DNA of 64,000 nucleotides from a bacterium. GTDB taxonomy: Bacteria; UBA8248; JACPRG01; G963555815. Shown piece after piece: positions 1 through 11,237 of the stretch. The first letter of the stretch is position 1. Each line of letters opens with the position of its first letter. The notes below the pieces were generated by a model, which saw nothing but the letters and a program-made list of their open reading frames with translations, had not been told where the DNA came from and did not search any database. The position numbers were made by a program, and so were the translations under genes. The stretch covers positions 4,832,001 through 4,896,000 of the forward strand of contig OZ244653.1 in assembly GCA_965218795.1 (NCBI GenBank). Direction: 5' to 3'.

Positions 1-38
1 CGCTTGGCGGCGCCGCGATTGGTCTTTAATTTCGGCAC
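1..38 (-). CDS. rpmI: 50S ribosomal protein L35, N-terminal part (runs off window)
   Basis: GTG at 38 reads MPKLKTNRGAAK(R); lies directly downstream of infC as in the thrS-infC-rpmI operon. Confidence 0.9.
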   Translation of the reverse strand, partial: MPKLKTNRGAAK

Positions 39-63
39 TGGTCAGGTTCTCCTTCCTGGAACA

Positions 64-615
64 TCAGGATCCCTTCGTCGATACGGGAGCCAAAACCATC
101 GACATGTTGCGACCTTCCTGGATCGGCTCTTGTTCGACCTGAGCGATTTCCTGGAGCTCTTCAATCATGCGGGTCATCAGGCGCATGCCCAAATGTTGAT
201 GGGCCATTTCGCGGCCGCGAAACATGATGGTCACCTTCGCCTTGTTTCCTTCCCCCAGGAATCGTCGAATGTGCCGGGCCTTGAACTGAAAGTCATGCTC
301 CTCGGTTTTCGGCCGAAGCTTGACTTCCTTGACGTGAATGACCTTCTGGTTCTTCTTCGCTTCGTTCGACCGTTTGCTTTGCTGGTACTTGAATCGGCCA
401 TAATCCATGATCCGGCAAACCGGTGGATCACTGTTGGGCGATACCTCCACCAAGTCCAGACTCTGAGCATCGGCGGCCGCCAGCGCCTCCTCGATCGGAA
501 GGATCCCCAGTTGCTCCCCATCGTCATCGACGACCCGAACCTCTCTGACCCGAATGTCTCGATTGATGCGCTGTGCCGGCTTCGGTTGGCTCCTGTCCAG
601 GAATCGTCTGGCTAT
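64..615 (-). CDS. infC: Translation initiation factor IF-3 (non-canonical ATA start inferred)
   Basis: Track ORF 64..453 (PPVCRIMDYGRFKY, VKEVKLRP, FRGRE) extends in frame through QRINRDIRVREVRVVDDDGEQLGI to ATA at 615-613, preceded by a G-rich SD. Confidence 0.93.
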   Translation of the reverse strand: MARRFLDRSQPKPAQRINRDIRVREVRVVDDDGEQLGILPIEEALAAADAQSLDLVEVSPNSDPPVCRIMDYGRFKYQQSKRSNEAKKNQKVIHVKEVKLRPKTEEHDFQFKARHIRRFLGEGNKAKVTIMFRGREMAHQHLGMRLMTRMIEELQEIAQVEQEPIQEGRNMSMVLAPVSTKGS

Positions 616-639
616 ATCCCCGTCTCCCTCTCTTTCAGG

Positions 640-2529
640 TTAATTCTTGGTCGACCTCTCTGAGCGCAGTTCCGGCCCGACTCGGTCCAAAAACGCTTCC
701 AGGGTCATCGCGCCCAAGTCGCCCTCGCTTCGATCCCGCACGGCAACGGTGCGCGATTCCTCTTCTCGATCACCCATGACGAACAAATAGGGAATCCGCT
801 CCAGACGACCTTGCCTTATCTTGTAACCCAGCTTTTCATTTCGATCATCGACTTCCACCCGAATCCCCCGGTCTTTAAGGGTATCGGTCACCTCCCGTGC
901 GTACCCGTGATTCCTGTCGGTGATGGGCAGGACCTTGACCTGAACGGGCGCAAGCCATAGGGGAAATGCCCCCGCGGTATGTTCGACCAGGGCGCCCACA
1001 AACCGCTCCAGGGAGCCAAGCAATGCCCGGTGGACCATGTAGGGTGTGTGAAAGCCGCCGTCGGGGCCCACATATTTCAGGTCGAACCGTCTGGGAAGGT
1101 TGAAGTCGAATTGGATGGTGGAGGCCTGCCAGCCCCGTCCAAGGGCATCGACAATCTTGACGTCGATTTTGGGACCATAAAATACGGCTTCCCCCTCGCA
1201 CCGCTTGTAGGGGAGATTCCGCTCCTCCAGGGCGCGCACCAAGGCAACTTCGGCCGATTCCCACTCTTCGTCGCTGCCCGCGTATTTTTCAGGCCGGTCC
1301 GGGTCCCTCACGCTCAGTTCCACATCGAATTCACTGAACCCGAACGTGGAAAGCATGTACAAGGTCAGGTCCAGGACGCCGAGAATCTCTCCCGGAAGCT
1401 GCTCGGGGGTGCAAAAGATGTGGCCGTCATCCTGGGTGAAGCCCCTGACCCGGAGCATTCCGTGGAGCACGCCCGATCGTTCATTGCGGTATACCGTACC
1501 CAACTCGGCGTAGCGGATCGGCAAATCCCGGTAACTTCGCCGTTGATTCTCATAGATCAGGATGTGGCCGGGGCAGTTCATGGGCTTGGCCACGTATTCC
1601 TCTTCGTCGACGGCGAGAGTGAACATGTTTTCCCGGTAATAGTCATAATGCCCCGAGGTGCGGAACAGGTTGGAATGAGCCAAATGCGGAATCACGACCA
1701 GCTCATAACCCGCCTTGACGTGTTCGTCTTCCCAGAATCGCTCGATAATCTTTCGCAACGTGGTGCCTCGCGGCAACCAGTACACCAGGCCGCTTCCCGC
1801 CTGCTCATGAATCAAGAACAGGCCCAGCTCTTTGCCCAGGGTACGGTGGTCCCGCAGGCGGGCCTCTTTCCGGATCTCGATGTACTCATCCAAGGCTTCT
1901 TGCGACGGGAAGGAAGTGCCATAGATGCGCTGAAGCATCTTGTTTCTCTCATCCCCGCGCCAGTAGGCACCTGCGACCGAAAGCAGCTTGACGGCTCCGA
2001 TAACCCCCGTCGATGGAACATGGGGACCCCTGCACAGATCCAGCCACTCCCCTTGGTGATAGACGGACACCGTGGAGTCGGGAATTTCATCAATCAGTTC
2101 CAGCTTATAGGGCTCATTCCGCGCCTTGAAGAGCGAACGGGCTTCCTCCTTCGATAAGGATTCACGCTCGAACGGTCGGTCCTCGCGTATGATCTCTTGC
2201 ATTCTTTTTTCGATCCGCTCCAGATCTTCCGGGGTGAACGGCTCGTCGCGGTCGAAGTCATAATAAAATCCGTTTTCGATGGGGGGTCCAATCGTCAATT
2301 GGATCCCTTCAAACAGATCCTGTACGGCCTCAGCCATGATGTGGGCGGTGCTGTGCCGGTACACTTCCTGGCCTTCCGGATCATCGAAAGTGATCAGGCG
2401 GTTGGCCGGTTCGTCTTCGAGACTGGCAAGATCCCTCATCTCACTGTTCACCTTCCAGACAAGGGGCTCTGCGTATACTTCGGGCTCGGCTTCTTTTTGA
2501 GTGCCCGCGGGAACTTCCGGCGCGCTCAT
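640..2529 (-). CDS. thrS: Threonine--tRNA ligase
   Basis: RHSTAH, DLCRGPH, KPMNCPGH, RVRGFTQDD, FYGPKID motifs. Confidence 0.98.
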   Translation of the reverse strand: MSAPEVPAGTQKEAEPEVYAEPLVWKVNSEMRDLASLEDEPANRLITFDDPEGQEVYRHSTAHIMAEAVQDLFEGIQLTIGPPIENGFYYDFDRDEPFTPEDLERIEKRMQEIIREDRPFERESLSKEEARSLFKARNEPYKLELIDEIPDSTVSVYHQGEWLDLCRGPHVPSTGVIGAVKLLSVAGAYWRGDERNKMLQRIYGTSFPSQEALDEYIEIRKEARLRDHRTLGKELGLFLIHEQAGSGLVYWLPRGTTLRKIIERFWEDEHVKAGYELVVIPHLAHSNLFRTSGHYDYYRENMFTLAVDEEEYVAKPMNCPGHILIYENQRRSYRDLPIRYAELGTVYRNERSGVLHGMLRVRGFTQDDGHIFCTPEQLPGEILGVLDLTLYMLSTFGFSEFDVELSVRDPDRPEKYAGSDEEWESAEVALVRALEERNLPYKRCEGEAVFYGPKIDVKIVDALGRGWQASTIQFDFNLPRRFDLKYVGPDGGFHTPYMVHRALLGSLERFVGALVEHTAGAFPLWLAPVQVKVLPITDRNHGYAREVTDTLKDRGIRVEVDDRNEKLGYKIRQGRLERIPYLFVMGDREEESRTVAVRDRSEGDLGAMTLEAFLDRVGPELRSERSTKN

Positions 2530-2699
2530 ACGTCTTCCTCAAGACATCAAGACGAGAAAAGGCGCCTGGGAATCCACTCGGGCTCCCTTCGGTGCCTACG
2601 GGAACAGTGGCAGTCTTGTGGTTGAAGGCGAGACGATGTATCGGTTGAAATCAGGCTCTTCACCCTGCAAGCGATACCACACTCTTTCAATGATTTCAA

Positions 2700-2774
2700 T
2701 GGTAGGCACGGGCGGTTTCGAACCGCCGACCTCTTGCGCGTCAAGCAAGCGCTCTCCCCCTGAGCTACGTGCCT
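2700..2774 (-). tRNA. tRNA-Val(GAC)
   Basis: Cloverleaf AGGCACGTAGCTCAG...TT-GAC-GC...GGTTCGAAACC...CCA. Confidence 0.95.
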
Positions 2775-2865
2775 ACTGACCACAATCTGTCTATTTCATT
2801 GAATTGTTGAGCCGAACGGCATCATTGTCAAGGAAAAACACGCCCTTTCAGCGTCCACTCGGCCA

Positions 2866-5304
2866 TCAGTTCGGAAGAGCCGCTTTCGTTCGTTCGGCCC
2901 GGTGCCTCGATCGAATCCCCGGTTTTCTTTTCGCCAGACTTTTCTCTGATTTCATCAACGCGAACGGGAGTATCTCATCCACGTGATCGACCAGCCGAAT
3001 ATTTATGGCCCGTCGGATGGCGGGAGGTATTTCCTGCAGATCCCGCTCATTCTCGACGGGAAGGAAGACTGTTTCGCAATCGGCCTGATGGGCGGCCAGA
3101 ATCTTTTCCTTGATCCCGCCCACGGGGAGGATTTTTCCCCTCAGCGTGATTTCGCCCGTCATGCAGATGGATTTCCGGACCTTGCGCCGGGAAAGAGCTG
3201 ATATCAGGGCAATGACCATGGTGACTCCCGCCGACGGACCGTCTTTGGGAATGGCCCCCTCGGGTACATGGATGTGGATGTCCTGTTTTTTGTAAAAATC
3301 CCGAGGAAGATCGAGCGCCTCTGCTTTGGATCGGACATAGCTGACCGCGGCCCTGGCGGATTCCTGAAGGACTTCACCAAGCTTGCCGGTCAGGGTCAGC
3401 CGGCCCGTTCCCGGCATCAGCCCGATTTCCGTCAGGAGTAACTCCCCGCCGTTCTGGGTCCAGGCCAATCCGGTCGCAACGCCGATTTCGGAGGATTCGA
3501 CGCCTTTGGTGATTCGATGCCGAGGAATACCAATGAAGCTTTCAAGGTTGCCCGCATGGATGCGCACCGGCCCCTTGCTTCCCCCGGAAGCCACGCGCTT
3601 CGCCGCCTTTCGGCAGAGGGAGGCGATTTCCCGTTCCAGATTCCGGACCCCCGCTTCACGCGTATACTCCCGCTGGATTCGTTCGACCGTTTTGCGGGAG
3701 ATTCGAACCTGCTCCTGCTTCAGACCGTGTTGTTCAATCTGTTTGGGTAAGAGGAACCGGGTGGCGATTTTTGTTTTTTCATGGTGGGTATAGCCGGGGA
3801 TCCGGATGACTTCCAGCCGGTCCCGAAGGGTGGCCTGGATTCCGTCCAGGATATTGGCGGTCGCAATGAAGAAGACCTGGGACAGATCATAATCCACTTC
3901 CAGGTAATGGTCGCTGAAGGTCTTGTTCTGTTCCGGGTCCAGGACTTCCAGGAGGGCGCTTGTCGGGTCTCCCCGGAAATCGGAAGTCAACTTGTCGATC
4001 TCGTCGAGCATGAGGACCGGATTGATCGTTCCGACCCGATGCATGCTCTGGATAATCCTGCCTGGAAGGGAGCCGATATAGGTACGCCGATGTCCCCGGA
4101 TTTCCGCCTCATCCCGGATCCCGCCCAATGAGATGCGGGCGAATTTCCGGTTTGTCGCCTTTGCGATGGAGCGGCCCAGGGAAGTCTTGCCGACACCGGG
4201 AGGTCCGACCAGGCAGAGGATGGGTCCCCTGGGCTTTCGAACGAGCCGGCGAACCGCCAGGTACTCGAGAATCCGTTCCTTCACCTTTTTCAACCCATGG
4301 TGGTCCTCATCGAGAACGGCCTGCGCGTGGGCGATGTCGAGCTTCTCCCGCGATCGTTTGGCCCAGGGGAGTTCCACGAGCCACTCGATATAGTTTCGTA
4401 CCACCGTGCCTTCAGCGGACATGGGCGGCATGGATTCCAGTCTGCGAATTTCCTTTTCCGTCTTCTCGGCGACTCCAGCGGGCATCTTCGCCTTTTTGGC
4501 CTTCTCCCGCAGTTCCTCCACTTCAGAGTGTAGATCATCGGCCGTCCCAAGCTCTTCTTGGATGGCCCTCATCTGCTCCGTAAGGTAAAATTCCTTCTGA
4601 CTTCGTTCGATACGCTTCTTGACACGCCCTCGGATTTCCCTTTCCACGGACAATACTTCGATTTCCCCGTTGAGGAGCTCCAACAGGTTTTCCAGTCTTT
4701 TCCGTAGATCGAGTTGTTCGAGTATGCGCTGCTTGTCGGCCAGCTTCAGCGTGAGGTTTCCGGCAATGGTATCGGCCATGGCGGCGGAATTCGGGGCGTT
4801 CTCCACCGCGGTCAGGACTTCGGGCGGGATTCGCTGACTGAGTTTCAAATACTCCTCGAATCGGCTGATGACTTGTCGGGCCATCGCCTTCTCTTCCGTG
4901 CCGTCGGCACTGTCTTCCGGAAGATCGACGATATCCGCCCACAGGAATTTTTCCCTTTCATGGATGCGGGCCGCCCCAATCCGCCCGACACCCTCCACAA
5001 GCATCTTGACGGTACCATCCGGCAAATTGGCCGCCTGAACAATCTCCCCCCGGGTTCCGACGGAAAAGAAGTCGCCCTCCAATGGGTCCTCCACCCTCGC
5101 ATCCCGCTGTGCGATGAGAGCGATTTGGGTCCCGTCGTCCATGACTTTTCCGACTGCATTGAGCGATTTCTCCCGCCCGACGAACAGCGGAATCATGATG
5201 TGTGGAAAGACGACGATATCCCGCAGGGGTAGAACGGGAAGGCTGTCATGGGGAGCACGTGGTTCGTCGTGAAATGCTTCGGTCGTGGAGTCGTCAGAGT
5301 GCAT
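2866..5304 (-). CDS. lon: ATP-dependent protease La
   Basis: LPVLPLRD N-domain, GPPGVGKT Walker A, PKDGPSAG catalytic Ser; start placed at ATG 5304 to avoid overlapping clpX. Confidence 0.97.
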   Translation of the reverse strand: MHSDDSTTEAFHDEPRAPHDSLPVLPLRDIVVFPHIMIPLFVGREKSLNAVGKVMDDGTQIALIAQRDARVEDPLEGDFFSVGTRGEIVQAANLPDGTVKMLVEGVGRIGAARIHEREKFLWADIVDLPEDSADGTEEKAMARQVISRFEEYLKLSQRIPPEVLTAVENAPNSAAMADTIAGNLTLKLADKQRILEQLDLRKRLENLLELLNGEIEVLSVEREIRGRVKKRIERSQKEFYLTEQMRAIQEELGTADDLHSEVEELREKAKKAKMPAGVAEKTEKEIRRLESMPPMSAEGTVVRNYIEWLVELPWAKRSREKLDIAHAQAVLDEDHHGLKKVKERILEYLAVRRLVRKPRGPILCLVGPPGVGKTSLGRSIAKATNRKFARISLGGIRDEAEIRGHRRTYIGSLPGRIIQSMHRVGTINPVLMLDEIDKLTSDFRGDPTSALLEVLDPEQNKTFSDHYLEVDYDLSQVFFIATANILDGIQATLRDRLEVIRIPGYTHHEKTKIATRFLLPKQIEQHGLKQEQVRISRKTVERIQREYTREAGVRNLEREIASLCRKAAKRVASGGSKGPVRIHAGNLESFIGIPRHRITKGVESSEIGVATGLAWTQNGGELLLTEIGLMPGTGRLTLTGKLGEVLQESARAAVSYVRSKAEALDLPRDFYKKQDIHIHVPEGAIPKDGPSAGVTMVIALISALSRRKVRKSICMTGEITLRGKILPVGGIKEKILAAHQADCETVFLPVENERDLQEIPPAIRRAINIRLVDHVDEILPFALMKSEKSLAKRKPGIRSRHRAERTKAALPN

Positions 5305-5323
5305 CAATCGGTGGGCAGGCTCC

Positions 5324-6568
5324 TCAGCTCGCTCGTTTCTTTTCGTACACGAGGATAGGAGGTTCCTTGAGGTGGACCACCTCATCCGTGATGACGCATT
5401 CCTTCACATCGGCGCGAGAGGGGATCTCATACATGGTGTCCAGCATGATTTCCTCGAGGATGGAGCGTAGACCCCGCGCCCCCGTTTTTCGCCTGTGTGC
5501 CTGCTGCGCAATGGCGGTCAAGGCTTCCTCGGTAAAGCGGAGCGCGACGTTCTCAAACTCGAAAAGCTTTGTGTACTGCTTGATGAGGGCGTTCTTCGGT
5601 TCACTCAGGACCTTCACGAGGGATGCCTCATCGAGTTCATCCAGGTAAGCCGTGACGGGGAGGCGGCCCACGAACTCGGGAATGAGACCGTATTTCAGCA
5701 AGTCCTCAGGCTGAACCTTGGAGAAGATCTCCCCAATTGTCATATCGTCCCGGCTTCGGATCTCCGCCCCGAATCCCATCGCGCTCGAACCGACCCGGCG
5801 CTGGATGATCTGCTCCAAGCCGGTAAAGGCCCCGCCACAGATGAAGAACACGTGCGTCGTGTCGACTTGGAGGAATTCCTGGTGAGGGTGTTTGCGTCCG
5901 CCCTGCGGGGGAACGTTGGCGACGCTACCTTCGATGATCTTCAGAAGCGCCTGCTGGACGCCTTCGCCGGATACGTCCCGCGTGATCGAGGGGTTCTCCG
6001 ACTTCCGGCTGATCTTATCGATCTCATCAATGTAAATGATTCCCCGCTCGGCCCGCTGGACGTCATAGTCGGCGTTCTGAAGAAGCTTCAGAACGATATT
6101 TTCGACATCCTCTCCGACATACCCGGCTTCTGTAAGCGTCGTCGCATCTACGATAGCGAAGGGAACGTCCAGGATCCGGGCCATGGTCTGGGCGAGAAGT
6201 GTCTTTCCAGAACCCGTGGGACCGATCAACAGGACGTTGCTCTTTTGAATTTCAATATCGTTCAGATCGATGTTTGCTTCGATCCGCTTATAGTGGTTGT
6301 GGATGGCAACGGAAAGGATGCGCTTCGAGGTTTCCTGTCCGACCACATATTCATCGAGGGTGGATTTGATTTCCTTCGGCTTCGGGAGGCGCTGCATTTC
6401 CCGGGCCTTCTCCTGCGTCCAGTCCTCCACAATGATGTCGTTACAAAGGTCGATGCACTCGTCGCAAATGAAGACGGTGGGCCCGGCGATCAGTTTCTTC
6501 ACATCAGCGTTGCTTTTTCCGCAGAAAGAGCATCTCAAGGTTTGGTCCTGATCGTTTTTCTTTGGCAT
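5324..6568 (-). CDS. clpX: ATP-dependent Clp protease ATP-binding subunit ClpX
   Basis: CSFCGK..CDEC zinc finger, [21 protein letters not shown]. Confidence 0.98.
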   Translation of the reverse strand: MPKKNDQDQTLRCSFCGKSNADVKKLIAGPTVFICDECIDLCNDIIVEDWTQEKAREMQRLPKPKEIKSTLDEYVVGQETSKRILSVAIHNHYKRIEANIDLNDIEIQKSNVLLIGPTGSGKTLLAQTMARILDVPFAIVDATTLTEAGYVGEDVENIVLKLLQNADYDVQRAERGIIYIDEIDKISRKSENPSITRDVSGEGVQQALLKIIEGSVANVPPQGGRKHPHQEFLQVDTTHVFFICGGAFTGLEQIIQRRVGSSAMGFGAEIRSRDDMTIGEIFSKVQPEDLLKYGLIPEFVGRLPVTAYLDELDEASLVKVLSEPKNALIKQYTKLFEFENVALRFTEEALTAIAQQAHRRKTGARGLRSILEEIMLDTMYEIPSRADVKECVITDEVVHLKEPPILVYEKKRAS

Positions 6569-6611
6569 GGCTCCGTCTTTCGCTCCGGGGCATCAGCCGC
6601 CGATGAGGCTT

Positions 6612-7241
6612 CTAGTCCCCGGAAGAGGCCTTCTCTTTCTTGAGTGGAAGGTCCCTGGAAACGATGACATCATCAATGAGACCATATTTTTTTGCGTCTT
6701 CTCCGCTCATGAAAAAATCACGATCGGTGTCAGTCTGGATTCGGTCCCTGGTCTGACCGGAGTGGCGCACCAGGATTTCATTGAGGGTTTCCCGCATTCG
6801 CAGGATCTCGCGGGCGTGGATGTCGATATCCGTCGCTTGGCCTTGGACCCCCGCGAGAGGCTGGTGAATCATGATCCGGGCGTGGGGGAGGGCGTATCGT
6901 TTTCCCTCGGTGCCCGCGCCGAGCAGCAGCGCACCCATACTGGCCGCCTGCCCGATGCAGATCGTCGAGATGGCGGGCCGAATGTATTGCAAGGTGTCAT
7001 ATATCGCAAGGCCGGCGGTCACAACGCCCCCCGGGCAGTTAATATACAGGTAGATGTCCTGATCGGGATCCTCCGCCTCCAGGAACAGCAGTTGGGCAAC
7101 CAAAAGGTTTGAGATGGCGTCGTCAATGGGGGTGCCCAGGAAGACGATGCGATCCTTCAAAAGCCGCGAGTAGATGTCGTAGGCCCGTTCGCCGCGGGAG
7201 TTCTGCTCGACCACCATGGGTACGAGATGAGCACGTTCCAA
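6612..7241 (-). CDS. clpP: ATP-dependent Clp protease proteolytic subunit
   Basis: [23 protein letters not shown] motifs. Confidence 0.98.
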   Translation of the reverse strand: MERAHLVPMVVEQNSRGERAYDIYSRLLKDRIVFLGTPIDDAISNLLVAQLLFLEAEDPDQDIYLYINCPGGVVTAGLAIYDTLQYIRPAISTICIGQAASMGALLLGAGTEGKRYALPHARIMIHQPLAGVQGQATDIDIHAREILRMRETLNEILVRHSGQTRDRIQTDTDRDFFMSGEDAKKYGLIDDVIVSRDLPLKKEKASSGD

Positions 7242-7243
7242 GG

Positions 7244-8608
7244 CTATTCCTCCGCCGCCGATGCGGCCGGCAATGGGGATTCATCTTCGTCGTCGGCGTC
7301 ATGGTCGTGCGTATGCCCGGCCAAAACGCTCTGTTCGTCCTCTATGGATACGATGTGTGCCTTCTCGATGATGTGGTCCAGTGCTTTTTCGCGCCGAATT
7401 TTTTCTGCGATGCCCGCCAGGCCGTCTCTTTTCTCCAGGAAGGCGCGAAATTCAGGATAGGGTCTGCTGTATTGCTTCGCCATTTGGCGAATTTCAGCTT
7501 CCACCTGTGAGGGCGTCACGCGGACGTCCACCTCGCCCGCCACCCGCTCCAAGAGAATTCGCTGCCGTACGTTTTTCCGCGCCTGCGGATCGAGATCGGC
7601 GGACAGTTTCTCCTGATCCAGATTGTCGCGCTCCTCGGGCGACACCATGGCTTGAATTTGCCGGAAGAGTGCATTGGATTCCGATTCGACCAGCCCTTTA
7701 GGCAGTTCAACCTGAATTTCTTCGGCCAGGGTTTCGAGGACATTCTTTCTCAGGGCGGCATCGCCTTGCCGGTCGGCATTTTTCTCCAAATCCTCGCGGA
7801 TGGCTGCCTGGACATCATCAAGGGTTTCGTACTCTCCAAGTGATTTTGCGAATTCGTCATCCAGCTCCGGATAGATCGGCACCTTGATTTCCTTGACGGT
7901 CACTCTGAAATGTACGACCTTCCCCGCCAGTTCGGCGTTGGAATGATTTTCGGGGAAATTCACTTCCACCTGCAGGGACTCGTCGATGACCGCTCCCGGG
8001 AGCGTCTTTTCAATTTCGGGGAGAAGGGTGTTTTTTCCGACCTGGAACGCCTGGTCTTGCGATTTCAGATCGTCGCGCTCGATGCCGTCCAACGCGCCCG
8101 TAATATCGAGGATGACGTAATCTCCGTCCTGGACGGGTCGATCATCCGCGTTCTCAAGTTGGGCGTTCTGTTCCCTGACACGCTCCAGCATGTGCTCCAC
8201 ATCTTCATCCCGAACGCGGGGGATGGGCTTGTCGAATTCGCGGCCTTCAAAGGGGGGTGAATCGAACGGCGGAATCACCTCAATCGTCGCTTTGAAGCTC
8301 AGGGATTTCCCCTCGTCCATCTCTACGGCCTCCACCTTCGGCTGCCCGACCGCTTCAAGCGAGGTCTCCTTCAGCGCAGCCGAATACGACTCGGGGATGA
8401 GGCTTTCCAGAACTTCCCGCTCCACGACATCGCGGTGATTTCGAATGATGATGCTCCGGGGAACCTTCCCCTTGCGGAAGCCGGGGACGCGGATGCTCTT
8501 CTGGAAGCGTTGATACACGCGCTCGAAAGCACGACTGACCTCCTCGGCGGGCACCTCAATGGAAAGCCGCTTGGTGCAAGCGTCGATCTCTTCTATTTCT
8601 AATTGCAT
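7244..8608 (-). CDS. tig: Trigger factor
   Basis: PGFRKGKVP signature; tig-clpP-clpX-lon synteny. Confidence 0.96.
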   Translation of the reverse strand: MQLEIEEIDACTKRLSIEVPAEEVSRAFERVYQRFQKSIRVPGFRKGKVPRSIIIRNHRDVVEREVLESLIPESYSAALKETSLEAVGQPKVEAVEMDEGKSLSFKATIEVIPPFDSPPFEGREFDKPIPRVRDEDVEHMLERVREQNAQLENADDRPVQDGDYVILDITGALDGIERDDLKSQDQAFQVGKNTLLPEIEKTLPGAVIDESLQVEVNFPENHSNAELAGKVVHFRVTVKEIKVPIYPELDDEFAKSLGEYETLDDVQAAIREDLEKNADRQGDAALRKNVLETLAEEIQVELPKGLVESESNALFRQIQAMVSPEERDNLDQEKLSADLDPQARKNVRQRILLERVAGEVDVRVTPSQVEAEIRQMAKQYSRPYPEFRAFLEKRDGLAGIAEKIRREKALDHIIEKAHIVSIEDEQSVLAGHTHDHDADDEDESPLPAASAAEE

Positions 8609-8679
8609 GGGGCTTTCGCAGTATGAAACAGTTCGCGGAAATCAATGGATGCGGGAAAGCCGAATGGCGAATCGGGCGG

Positions 8680-8763
8680 TGGTGCGAGAGGGGGGATTTG
8701 AACCCCCACGCCCGAAGGCACTAGATCCTAAATCTAGCGCGTCTGCCATTCCGCCACCCTCGC
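8680..8763 (-). tRNA. tRNA-Leu(TAG)
   Basis: GCGAGGGTGGCGGAATGGCAGACGCG, anticodon TAG, long variable arm, CCA. Confidence 0.95.
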
Positions 8764-8809
8764 TGACGACCTCGGGACCCGTTCAGAGGGACCGTCGGGT
8801 GAGCTTGTT

Positions 8810-8885
8810 TGGTGAGCCGCCAGGGAATCGAACCCCGAACCCACGGATTAAGAGTCCGTTGCTCTGCCAGTTGAGCTAGCGGCCC
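8810..8885 (-). tRNA. tRNA-Lys(CTT)
   Basis: GGGCCGCTAGCTCAACTGG, anticodon loop CT-CTT-AA, GTTCGATTCC, CCA. Confidence 0.95.
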
Positions 8886-8990
8886 ATCTGAATTCGGTGC
8901 ACCCATTGAGGGGAGGCGTTCCGACAGGCGCGCCGGTGGACATCCATCTTCCCCCCCAATGAGCAGGCGCAGCATCATTTTGCCTGCGAA

Positions 8991-9068
8991 TGGGGTGAGC
9001 GAAGGGATTCGAACCCTCGACCCCTGGGACCACAACCCAGTGCTCTAACCAGCTGAGCTACGCTCACC
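8991..9068 (-). tRNA. tRNA-His(GTG)
   Basis: GGTGAGCGTAGCTCAGCTGG, anticodon GTG, GTTCGAATCC, CCA. Confidence 0.95.
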
Positions 9069-9085
9069 GTAAGCTTCAAATGTCA

Positions 9086-9162
<77 letters not shown>

Positions 9163-9239
9163 ATGGAATCAAGAGTTTCCATCGCGCGGAAAGGGTGGGC
9201 AATCCCTGGTTACATCAGCCCTTCCGGGCCTGGATTGAA

Positions 9240-9268
9240 AATCTAACGCCCTATCGGAGGGTTGTCAA
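9240..9268 (-). promoter_or_regulatory. Putative sigma70 promoter of the tRNA cluster
   Basis: TTGACA-17 bp-TAGATT on the minus strand, ~80 bp upstream of tRNA-Arg. Confidence 0.6.
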
Positions 9269-9455
9269 GGATTCTCCATTCACCTGGGCTTCATCCCTGC
9301 ATTCCAATCCCCGGAGTTGTCAACGGACCGGTGATGCTCTAGGATCACAGCCCGCATCAAGGGCTTCCGAAAAATTCGGACACTCGAGTTCCCTTCCGTT
9401 TCAAGGAGTTCCCTGGTCTTTGGACGATTCCGCCCCTTCCTCTGCGCAGAAGACA

Positions 9456-9875
9456 ATGGCGTATATCCACGCCAACCGTCATCGAATCATCCCTTTCCTC
9501 GTAGTGGGAGGCACGGCTTTCCTGGTGAATTGGGGACTTTTCAAACTGTTTCGGGTAGCGGGGATGACCTCCCGGCCTCAGGTGTTTGGCGCTTTCCTCA
9601 TCTCGATGGAGCTCAGCATCCTCTGTAATTTTGCTCTCCAGTATCAATGGACCTGGAAGGATACGCAGCGGCTGCGGGGGTGGAGCCTTTTCATGAAACT
9701 GGCGGCCTTCCACGGAGCGGTGGGAGCGGGCGCGGTCTTCAGGATGATTCTGTTTCCGATAGGCCAGGTCTTGCGGATTCAGGATGATCTGAATCTGATG
9801 ATCGGCGTCGGAGCCGCAACATTCATAGATTTCCTGCTTTACGACAGAGTCGTTTTCAAAAAGGCTCCGCATTGA
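9456..9875 (+). CDS. GtrA-family membrane protein
   Basis: FLVVGGTAFLVN, SILCNFALQYQWTW, FLLYDRVVF; four hydrophobic segments. Confidence 0.8.
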   Translation: MAYIHANRHRIIPFLVVGGTAFLVNWGLFKLFRVAGMTSRPQVFGAFLISMELSILCNFALQYQWTWKDTQRLRGWSLFMKLAAFHGAVGAGAVFRMILFPIGQVLRIQDDLNLMIGVGAATFIDFLLYDRVVFKKAPH

Positions 9876-9922
9876 GCAGACAGGAGGTTCCTTTTCCACC
9901 TGCAAAGTGCGTCCAGCCTGGA

Positions 9923-10213
9923 TCAGTCGACTCGTTCATTGGCGCCGGTTGCATAGTCGGCATACCTTTGTTCACAAGGTACCGGTCGTTCATATCCAAG
10001 AAACCTTTCCCAATCCATGTGAATGGTTGCATCGACGCCGGCTTCCCGGGCCTTGCTCTGCAGGAAAAGCTGTAATTCCATCAGCACGCCGCTTTCGTCA
10101 AAAAGTTCTTGTTGCGATGAACGCAGCGTTTGAAACAGCGCCCTGTAGATCTCCTTGACCTCTTCGATGGAACACATCAACTGGATACCGACGTCTTTTT
10201 CCTGAATTTCCAT
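9923..10213 (-). CDS. Hypothetical protein (~96 aa)
   Basis: ATG 10213 with purine-rich SD; protein-like composition; family not recognised. Confidence 0.6.
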   Translation of the reverse strand: MEIQEKDVGIQLMCSIEEVKEIYRALFQTLRSSQQELFDESGVLMELQLFLQSKAREAGVDATIHMDWERFLGYERPVPCEQRYADYATGANERVD

Positions 10214-10450
10214 CGTTCGCTCTTCCCTCGGGAGTCTTCTGTTCCGATTGAAAGACCCATGCCGGCTCAAGCGAATTGAGCCTCACGGATCTTCCTCTCG
10301 TTGTGGAAGGCCGATCATCTTCAACGTGAATCCGTCGGATGATGCCAGACGTTCGGGCCGGGTACTATCGTGTGTGGATCGGCCGAGCAGATCAAGGAAA
10401 TCCCGGTCTGTTCGCCTAGGGCCCGGATGAATTCAGCCCTGACGATTCTG

Positions 10451-10900
10451 TTACATGGTCCCCTTTCCCTTCTTATACGGATCCTTGGTATTTCCCGGCG
10501 CTTAAGTCCCGGATGTGCTGCATCACCGCGTCCTTATCACGCCCACACCGGCCTTGATCATCGCCTTGGCCGATCCCTTGCCCTTGGCGACGTCCCACCA
10601 GGAATTGACGAAGACCTGTGTCACCTGGACACAAGGATTCACGGTCTTGGCCGCTTTTTCATAAGCGTCCATCGAGCCCTCAATGACCGGGAAGGGAAAG
10701 GCGCCGATGGTGTCGACCCTGTTGGTCTTGGTGATTAAGCCCGCCATGACGCCGGCATTCCAACCCTGATCATTGATCGGGCCGGGCAGGACCAGCATGA
10801 TCTTGTCTTTCTTGTCGGCCGCTGTCGAAGTTGCGGGCTACGTCATGACCGAAGCCATGACCATGGCAGCCAGTAAGCCGATTATCCGAAACGGCTTCAT
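10451..10900 (-). pseudogene. Internally deleted paralog of the adjacent BMP substrate-binding protein
   Basis: Signal peptide with premature TAG, then PGPINDQGWNA joined to GVMAGL (long deletion relative to 11238..12230), then a second deletion before the C-terminal HIRDLSAGKY..PYKKGKGTM. Confidence 0.85.
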
Positions 10901-11173
10901 TTCTATCCGCTCCACGAAAAAGTGAGGTGAAACACTGAGCGCGGGCACAAGGGTGAAAATTGCGAACTTTCCGGCGTCCAGCGTAAGGAAATTGCATTTC
11001 TGAAGAGCAGGAAAATCATATTTCCAAAGTGGAAATCCAGTCAATGAGGTGTTCAGGCTTGGAGTTCTTCTTTCTCCATAGGGCAACGAATGAACATCAT
11101 CCGAGTCGGGGTTTGAAGAAAACAGCCGAAATTCCTCAAAATCCGCTGCCACCCGTCGGGAGAAGAGCAAGGC

Positions 11174-11209
11174 AAAAAAGCGCCCCCGGCACAAGAGAGC
11201 GGGGGCGCT
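11174..11209 (-). terminator. Rho-independent terminator of the BMP ABC operon
   Basis: GCGCCCCCG stem and loop followed by a T6 run on the minus strand, just after the SBP stop. Confidence 0.75.
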
Positions 11210-11237
11210 CACGGACTTCAGGATGACCTCATGGGAC

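Noticed and set aside
10838-10840. In-frame TAG in the BMP copy as possible pyrrolysine or readthrough
   Set aside because: The same copy carries large deletions and a frameshift, which indicates simple decay
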